Part shown: piece after piece, positions 57,977-64,000 of the stretch | Numbering within the stretch: the first letter of the stretch is position 1 | Layout: every line of letters begins with the position of its first letter | Assembly: GCA_038890615.1 (NCBI GenBank) | Contig: JAWAFI010000001.1 | Span: forward strand, 130,611-194,610 | Reading direction: 5' to 3' | Length of the DNA stretch: 64,000 nt | Origin: Candidatus Anstonellales archaeon | Lineage (GTDB): Archaea; Micrarchaeota; Micrarchaeia; Anstonellales; J096 | The notes under the pieces: generated by a model | The model's input: only the letters and a program-made list of their open reading frames with translations | Database searches by the model: none | Told to the model about the DNA's origin: nothing | Translations under genes and position numbers: made by a program

Positions 57977-58706
57977 GCTTGATGCAGCCAAAAAGGCCGC
58001 TATGCTGGCAGGAAAAATAACTAGGAAAGCCTTCTTTGGCTCATTCAAAATAGAAAAAAAGGAAAGCAGGGAGTTTGTGACAAGCGCTGACAAAGAAGCA
58101 GAGAGAATAGTAAGAAGGGTGCTTTCTGAAAATTTTCCGGATTATGCAATTGTTGGAGAGGAGCTTGGGGAAAAGGAAGGCAAAGAGGCAAAATGGTATA
58201 TAGACCCTATAGATGGCACCCACAACTTCATGCAGCACATACCTTTTTTCAACACATCAATAGCTCTTGAAAAAGACGGGGAGGATAGGATAGGGGTTGT
58301 TTACAACCCGATATTGGATGAGATGTTTTGGGCTGAGAAAGGGAAGGGCGCGTTCATGAACAAAAAGCGCATAAGGGTTGGCGAGCCCAAGGAAGGTGCG
58401 CTTTTTGCAGGCACCTGCTATACGAGCAAAAATATTGATGAAGCAGCTAAACTGATCTCAAAGTTTAGCAAAAAATATGGCTCTATGAAGAAGTATGGCA
58501 GCGCTGAGCTTGAGCTTTGCTATGTTGCAGCAGGGTTCCTTGATGCTTTTATGGGAATAGACCTGAAGCTCTGGGATTTCAAGGCAGGGGTTGTAGTGGT
58601 AAGGGAAGCGGGTGGGATTGCTGAAGAGGTAGTCTTTGGCAAAAGGCGATACCTTGTTGCTTCCAACATAAAGATGTTCCCAAAGCTTGTGGAGCTGGCT
58701 AAGTAA
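57969..58706 (+). CDS. suhB: Inositol monophosphatase family protein
   Basis: VTSADKEAE, GEE, WYIDPIDGTHNF, WDFKAG. Confidence 0.92.
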   Translation: MNELDAAKKAAMLAGKITRKAFFGSFKIEKKESREFVTSADKEAERIVRRVLSENFPDYAIVGEELGEKEGKEAKWYIDPIDGTHNFMQHIPFFNTSIALEKDGEDRIGVVYNPILDEMFWAEKGKGAFMNKKRIRVGEPKEGALFAGTCYTSKNIDEAAKLISKFSKKYGSMKKYGSAELELCYVAAGFLDAFMGIDLKLWDFKAGVVVVREAGGIAEEVVFGKRRYLVASNIKMFPKLVELAK

Positions 58707-59071
58707 TGAAGGAGATTGAAGTAAAAACATCAAAGAAGTGCGAGGTTGTGGACATAACAGAGCTGATTGAAGCAAAGGGAAAGGCAGTGCTTGTTTTTGT
58801 TCCTCACGCTACTTGTGGTTTGGTAATAAATGAATTTGAGGAGAACATAAAGGAAGATATGGAGAGGTATTTTGGAGGCATGGCAAAGGGCGAATGGAAG
58901 CACAATGCCATAGATGATAATGCAGAGGCACACCTTTCTGCTGCCCTACTAAAGCCATTCATTTTAATACCTGTGAGTGGAGGAAGGCTTTTGCTAGGAA
59001 CATGGCAGAGGGTGCTTCTGATTGAGCTGGATGGGCCGCGGAAAAGGAGGGTAATAATCCAAGACCTTTAA
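58706..59071 (+). CDS. YjbQ/UPF0047 family protein
   Basis: PHATCGLVINE, DNAEAHL, LGTWQ, ELDGPR. Confidence 0.94.
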   Translation: MKEIEVKTSKKCEVVDITELIEAKGKAVLVFVPHATCGLVINEFEENIKEDMERYFGGMAKGEWKHNAIDDNAEAHLSAALLKPFILIPVSGGRLLLGTWQRVLLIELDGPRKRRVIIQDL

Positions 59072-59106
59072 CTGCACAAAGATTTAAAAAAAGGCTATGT
59101 AAATAT

Positions 59107-60312
59107 ATGTGTGGTTATATAGTGTTAAAGCAGAGGAAATTTTCAGGAAGAGAAGGTGGTGGCTCCATAGGCAAGGAGGACATACTGCAGCCAGAAAAGA
59201 GCCAAGCGCACTATTCAGAGTTCCTAATGAAAATACTTTCCCACCTCACTGATAGCAGCGGCAAGCTTGACCAAGTGAAACTTAGGCAGCTAAGCAAAGA
59301 GGACTATGAGAAATTGATAGAGGCAGGAAGGTACTTTAGGTAGAATGACTTGAACAAAGAGGCAGCAAAATGCTTCTTTGTGCTTTTCATGTCGTTCTCT
59401 TCAAAATACGTTTTCAGGGATACACAGCGCTCTGTCAATGAGATATCAAAGGAGATTATAAAAGGAATGGATTTGAACTTCAACATACCTGAGATAAGGG
59501 AGCTTGAGGAGTTCAACAAAATCAACGGGAAGGTAGATAAAAAGAACCCTAACTTCCTTATAGAGGCAGCAAGGGCCTTTGAATTGGCATCTAACTACTC
59601 AGAATTTACTCATGTTGCGTGGATCCTTGGGCTGGAGTGGGTTGAGGTGCTCAATGAGCCGCGCATACTGCTTCCACTAAGGGAGGTAGCGATAAGCAAG
59701 ACGAAGGATGAAGCTCTCTGCATAGAGCACTGCGAAGCCATAACCAATATTTTCACTGACCCTCAAGATAGGTACTCTGGCTTTACAACGGCTATAAGCA
59801 TATGCGAATCTATAGGGCTTGTAAAGCATGCAAACAAGTACACCCTGAGGAGCATAGATCACAGGGAAGAGGAGCTTGATGCGCTATTAAAAGAGGGAAA
59901 GGACAATAGTGATCGTGATGTGCTCGTAGTCCTTGAGAGATTAGTGGCGCTTTACAAAAGGGCAGTGTTCAAGATGAAGAGATTTGATTTGAAAGATAGG
60001 CTAATGGACAGGATCTCATTGCTTAAGGAAGGCTACAGGAAGGTTGCAGAAAAAGAAGGCAGCGAGGGAGCAGAGGAAGCATTGGTAAACTATAGGAAGT
60101 ATTACATGCTGGAAAGAGAGATAATGAACCTGCTGTCCCAAAAAGAAGCAAAGGCTACAAAGCCGGTTGAGCAGATAGAGCAAAACAAGAAAGAAGCCAT
60201 GCAAGGTATTATTAATAGAATAAAGGATGCAATAGAGTTAATGAAGAAAGGGGATGCTAGCGCTGCTGAAGACAAGATAAAAGAAGCTGAGGAGGCACTT
60301 GGAAAGATATAA
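59107..60312 (+). pseudogene. Orphan helical protein gene interrupted by one in-frame TAG at 59341-59343 (or two genes, or read-through)
   Basis: ORFs 59107..59343 and 59350..60312 share a frame, joined by TAG-AAT-GAC-TTG; the second has only a TTG start with no SD or promoter. Confidence 0.55.
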
Positions 60313-60348
60313 AGGCATGATTTTTAAACTATTTGATTATAAGATAGC

Positions 60349-61731
60349 ATGGATTTTATAACTTTAGGGATATTCTTGGCAATAGCGGGGATACTTTTCT
60401 TAGGGTTCATAAGCGAACTCCTCCTAAAAAAGTTTGAAATACCTGGCGTTTTGCTTCTGCTTTTTGCAGGTCTTATAGCAGGCCAGGCAATAAGCATGTA
60501 CGGGGCTGAATACGGGCTCAGCCAGCAAACATTCCTCAGCTTCAAATCCATAATAGGGGCGCTAACATTGGTAATGCTACTTTTTGATGGCGGGATGCTT
60601 CTTAACATCTACACTGTTATAAAGAACAGCATAAGGCCTATGGTATATGGGGTGCTGATAATAATATTTACTGCTGCTGCAGTTGGGCTGATAACCCACT
60701 TTGTTTTTGGGTGGAACCTGCTGGTAGGTCTTCTTCTTGGGGTTGTGCTTGGTGGTAGCAGCCCTGCAATAACCATTCCAATAGCAAAAAGGCTTAAGGT
60801 TGATGATAAAACCAGGACTTTTATAATGCTTGAACCCTCCTTTACCGATGTCATGTGTGCTGTGCTTGTTGTAACGCTTACAGGGTCGTTTTTTTCTGGA
60901 GCAACGCTAGACCCAAGGGAGACTGGAAAGGACCTTTTGGCGCAGTTCTCAATTGGAGCTGTGATAGGAGGCATAATAGGGGTCATTTGGCTTGTGCTCC
61001 TAAAGAAAGTGGAGAAGATTACAGAATACATATACATGGCAACCTTTGCAGTTCTTCTCCTTATGTTTGTAGTGGTTGAGTACTTTGAGGCAAGCGGCTA
61101 TATAGCAGCGCTTATCTTTGGGCTTGTGCTGGGAAACAGGAACGAGATAGCAAACATGCTTAAGCTTGAGGTGCAAGCAAAGGACGAAACAGAGCGATTG
61201 AGGCCTTTCCACGCAGAGCTTTCGTTCCTTGTAAGGACATTCTTCTTTGTTTACCTTGGGCTCATTGTGCCCCTGCCTGGCATTAAGGTGCTCTTGATAA
61301 GCGCATTAGTGATGGTTGGATTGATTGTTGCAAGATACATAGCAACTGTACTAAGCACTATGAAAAGCGAGATGGCAAAGTACAGGATGCTTATAAGCTC
61401 CTTTGTTGACAGGGGGCTTAGCGTTGCAGTGCTTTCTACTTACCCCTTAAGTTACGGGGGAATAATACCTGCCAATGTTGACCTCTTCCCAAGCATAGCT
61501 TTCACTATAATAGTATTTTCCTCTATTGTAAGCACGATAGGGATATACATGTTCAGGCCTAAGGAAGTTTTGGACATTGGCGAGCCCCCTGATGAGGCGG
61601 CTGCTGGGCTTGAAAAGCACAAGCCATATAAGAAGCATGAAAGGGAGCTTGTAACAAGGTATATACAAAAGGAGCCAAAGCATAAGGAGACCCTTGAAGA
61701 AGAGAGGGCTAAGGAGCCATCTGATTCTTAG
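60349..61731 (+). CDS. Cation:proton antiporter (CPA1/NhaP type)
   Basis: About 12 TMs; LLFDGG, LEPSFTD, FLVRTFFFVYLG, RGLSVAVL. Confidence 0.9.
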   Translation: MDFITLGIFLAIAGILFLGFISELLLKKFEIPGVLLLLFAGLIAGQAISMYGAEYGLSQQTFLSFKSIIGALTLVMLLFDGGMLLNIYTVIKNSIRPMVYGVLIIIFTAAAVGLITHFVFGWNLLVGLLLGVVLGGSSPAITIPIAKRLKVDDKTRTFIMLEPSFTDVMCAVLVVTLTGSFFSGATLDPRETGKDLLAQFSIGAVIGGIIGVIWLVLLKKVEKITEYIYMATFAVLLLMFVVVEYFEASGYIAALIFGLVLGNRNEIANMLKLEVQAKDETERLRPFHAELSFLVRTFFFVYLGLIVPLPGIKVLLISALVMVGLIVARYIATVLSTMKSEMAKYRMLISSFVDRGLSVAVLSTYPLSYGGIIPANVDLFPSIAFTIIVFSSIVSTIGIYMFRPKEVLDIGEPPDEAAAGLEKHKPYKKHERELVTRYIQKEPKHKETLEEERAKEPSDS

Positions 61732-61738
61732 GAGTGGA

Positions 61739-61832
61739 AGGGCCCGACGGGATTCGAACCCGCAACCACCTGGTAACCTCAGCTTTGGCGCTTCCGAAGC
61801 CAGGCGCGCTATCCTGGTTACGCTACGGGCCC
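61739..61832 (-). tRNA. tRNA-Arg(TCG) with 19-nt intron at 37/38 (61775-61793)
   Basis: GGGCCCG/CGGGCCC acceptor; CCTGG/CCAGG anticodon stem; BHB with CTTC/GAGG helix, bulges GG|A and TT|A, and AGC/GCT outer helix. Confidence 0.94.
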
Positions 61833-62711
61833 TGTAAGGACTTCTACTCTGTCTTTTTTAACAACCACTGTCGCCTCTGACTGCGCAACTAGCGCCCCCT
61901 TGTCCTCAACAAGCACAGGGTAGCCCTTTAGTATACCACGCTCCAGCAATTCCCTGAGCGCTGCGCTTACCAGAAGCTTTGAGTTGAACTTGTTTATTAG
62001 CCACCTTTCTGCAAAAGGTAGCTGGTGGTAGGCCTCTGCAACATGTATTATTACCATCCTTGCAGCCCTTGAGCGCACTGGAGCAGGGTTGTCAAGGCTG
62101 AAAATCTCAACAACATCCCTGTCATTTACAGTGCCTTTGCCTGTTGTAACAAACGGCTCCAAAGCAAAAACATCGCCTTCCTTGAATTGGTAGGGTATTG
62201 AGTTTGCTATGTTGGGCACTTCTATGCCTGCGTGAAGCGTCCCATCGCTTATCATATGGCCTGTAAGGTTTGAGATCGGCTTGAAGCCTGCTTCCTTTAT
62301 GCAGTCCTCAACCTTAGAGCCCACATCCCCAACAGAAACACCTTCTTTTATGGAATCTATTGCCACCTTAAGCGCAGAGTTGGCTGCATCTATCATATCT
62401 TGGTGCTCCCCGGTCAAGTCTATTGTTACTGCAGTGTCCACCAAGCCATCCTTGTACTTGACCCCAAAATCAACCTTAAGCAGGCCTGCCTCAAGGTTCC
62501 TTGTGTCTTTGTATTCAGGGGTGTCATGGGCGCTTACTTCGTTCATGCCAAGGTTAACAGGGAATGCAGGCTCTGCCCCTGCCTCCCTTATCATCTGCTC
62601 AATCGTTTCAGCTATGTCAAGGTAGCTCTCCCCTTCCATGGCAAGCTTTCCTACCTGCCCTTTTATTTTGGCTGCTATTGCACCAGCAGCTCTGAGGTTT
62701 TCTATGTCCAT
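61818..62711 (-). CDS. map: Methionine aminopeptidase type II
   Basis: AFPVN, AHDTP, KVDFGV, DTAVT, NLTGH, LHAG, ALEPF, LPFAERW, AQSEAT. Confidence 0.96.
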   Translation of the reverse strand: MDIENLRAAGAIAAKIKGQVGKLAMEGESYLDIAETIEQMIREAGAEPAFPVNLGMNEVSAHDTPEYKDTRNLEAGLLKVDFGVKYKDGLVDTAVTIDLTGEHQDMIDAANSALKVAIDSIKEGVSVGDVGSKVEDCIKEAGFKPISNLTGHMISDGTLHAGIEVPNIANSIPYQFKEGDVFALEPFVTTGKGTVNDRDVVEIFSLDNPAPVRSRAARMVIIHVAEAYHQLPFAERWLINKFNSKLLVSAALRELLERGILKGYPVLVEDKGALVAQSEATVVVKKDRVEVLTGPVA

Positions 62712-62765
62712 AAGAAAATCAGCAAGGAAAGGTATATAAAGCGTGTGTTATTGCAAGAAGGGCGT

Positions 62766-63233
62766 TTAAGCAGGCTCTATCTTAATCTCCTTCTTTGTGT
62801 TTAGGTCAAAGGTCAATGGAATGTCAAGAGATGCATCAAGGAAGAAACGCAGGCTTCCTCCTCCTTTTAAGTACTGGAAAGATAGCGGACCAAGGGAAAC
62901 GCTGACAAGCTCAGCTAGATGCGTAGCTGCTTCAGGAGGTATCTTTATTACAAAAGGGTAATCATTTGAAGTATATTCTTTTTCCCCATCAAGGAAAACA
63001 ATGGCCTCTGCCACTTTCATTTTTCTCTTCCTTTTTTCTGGGTAGCGGGACGTGGACATAAAATTGTCCTTAACATAATATTCTTCTTTCACTCCATAGA
63101 AAGCAACCCTCAAAGCCCTGGCCTTCACTGGGTTTTCTAGATAAAGCTTTAGGATTCCTTTTATCTCTTCTCCAGGCTTATATGAGCTCTTATCAAGGAC
63201 AAGCTCTATTTTCCCTTTAGGTGGTAGGAACAT
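62766..63233 (-). CDS. Arrestin-N/Spo0M-like beta-sandwich protein
   Basis: IELVLDKSSYKPGEEIKG.L.L...VKARALRV.FYG, YPFVIKIP, LDASLDIP...D. Confidence 0.75.
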   Translation of the reverse strand: MFLPPKGKIELVLDKSSYKPGEEIKGILKLYLENPVKARALRVAFYGVKEEYYVKDNFMSTSRYPEKRKRKMKVAEAIVFLDGEKEYTSNDYPFVIKIPPEAATHLAELVSVSLGPLSFQYLKGGGSLRFFLDASLDIPLTFDLNTKKEIKIEPA

Positions 63234-63372
63234 TTCAACCCCTATACCAACTCTCCAATAATAAATATAAAGATTTGCTTTATTGTATCTATAGATACAA
63301 AAACACCACTTAACTAAACCTACATCCTCATAATGCCTAGCCTATTTTAGGCAGGGGGCTAAAGCCCCCTTA

Positions 63373-63475
63373 TGGGCCGGATGGGATTTGAACCCATGAC
63401 CTACGGCTTTCTCAAGCCGATGAGATAGAACGGGCCATATAAGACCGTCGCTCTACCGTGCTGAGCTACCGGCCC
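63373..63475 (-). tRNA. tRNA-Ile(TAT) with 29-nt intron at 37/38 (63409-63437)
   Basis: GGGCCGG/CCGGCCC-A acceptor; ACGGT/GCCGT anticodon stem; loop CT-TAT-A|intron|A; BHB with CTTA/TGAG helix and GGCC/GGCT outer helix. Confidence 0.93.
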
Positions 63476-63523
63476 ATATGCCCAGCAATAAAGCTTCTAA
63501 CAGTTAGCTTTTTAATGTTTCTA

Positions 63524-64000
63524 TTATTCCTCCCCAATTGAGTATTTCTCTGGATTTTGGGGAAGCCTCACATCCTCGGCCATCCTTTCCTCTTTGTCAG
63601 ATAGTTTTACAGGCTTTGAAACCCTTTCAAAAGGATAAACCTTTATTTTGTAAATCCTTGGCTCAAGGTTGTGGAGGAAAGATATAAGCTCCTCGCCACT
63701 TTCAAAGAAAGCCTCATGGGTTGGGTCTAAAATATAGCGCTTACCATCCAAATAAAGGAGGACAACTATATGCTTGCTCCTGATGTCTATTGCTTTTGAA
63801 TCAGTGTGCAGGTAAACTGCTAAGGCAGCCAGGTTTGCATCATAGCCATTCTCCCTCAGCCATTGAAGGGCCAATGCACTTTTTTCAAGGCAGCTGCCTT
63901 CCTTGAAGCTTTTCTCCACTTTTTTTGCATTCAAAACATGCTTGTCCTTGTATTCCAAAATATTGTAATCAAGCTTGTTTGCCTTTGCAAGCACTTCCTT
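63524..64000 (-). CDS. Transglutaminase-like (Cys-His-Asp) protein, 5'-partial
   Basis: GSCLEKSAL...HIVVLL...ILDPT; the frame is open to the window edge. Confidence 0.75.
   Translation of the reverse strand, partial: KEVLAKANKLDYNILEYKDKHVLNAKKVEKSFKEGSCLEKSALALQWLRENGYDANLAALAVYLHTDSKAIDIRSKHIVVLLYLDGKRYILDPTHEAFFESGEELISFLHNLEPRIYKIKVYPFERVSKPVKLSDKEERMAEDVRLPQNPEKYSIGEE

Noticed and set aside
59341..59343. Genome-wide TAG reassignment
   Set aside because: Conserved genes such as mtaB, atpK and hjc end at TAG at their expected lengths.

Overview
This is a gene-dense archaeal chromosome segment. Gene content (archaeal DnaG, Rpo6, eL15, A-type ATPase, Hjc, Kae1, BHB-intron tRNAs, class III signal pilin, many orphan genes, largely leaderless TATA promoters) suggests a DPANN archaeon, possibly Micrarchaeota; that assignment is inference. 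The window holds about 60 CDS and 7 tRNAs: Asn-GTT, Gln-CTG, Trp-CCA (two 11-nt introns), Thr-GGT, Thr-TGT (11-nt intron), Arg-TCG (19-nt intron) and a rare Ile-TAT (29-nt intron). Recognisable modules are a type IV pilus/Tad locus, an A/V-ATPase operon lacking subunit D, and a MoxR/CbbQ-VWA pair. No rRNA, CRISPR array, integrase or transposase is seen. The most notable observations are: (1) a ~190-nt two-domain, pseudoknotted RNA directly upstream of dnaG; (2) three tandem paralogs resembling the eukaryote-type phosphohistidine phosphatase PHPT1/Janus/Ocnus, bracketed by two tRNA-Thr genes; (3) a second ~215-nt candidate structured RNA divergent from yhaM; (4) two orphan membrane proteins sharing a C-terminal module, one with a PT-TG-like N-terminus; (5) unusual tRNA biology; (6) a half-length Rpp30; (7) a gene split by one in-frame amber codon. 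All protein calls are from motif recognition by eye; no database searches were run.
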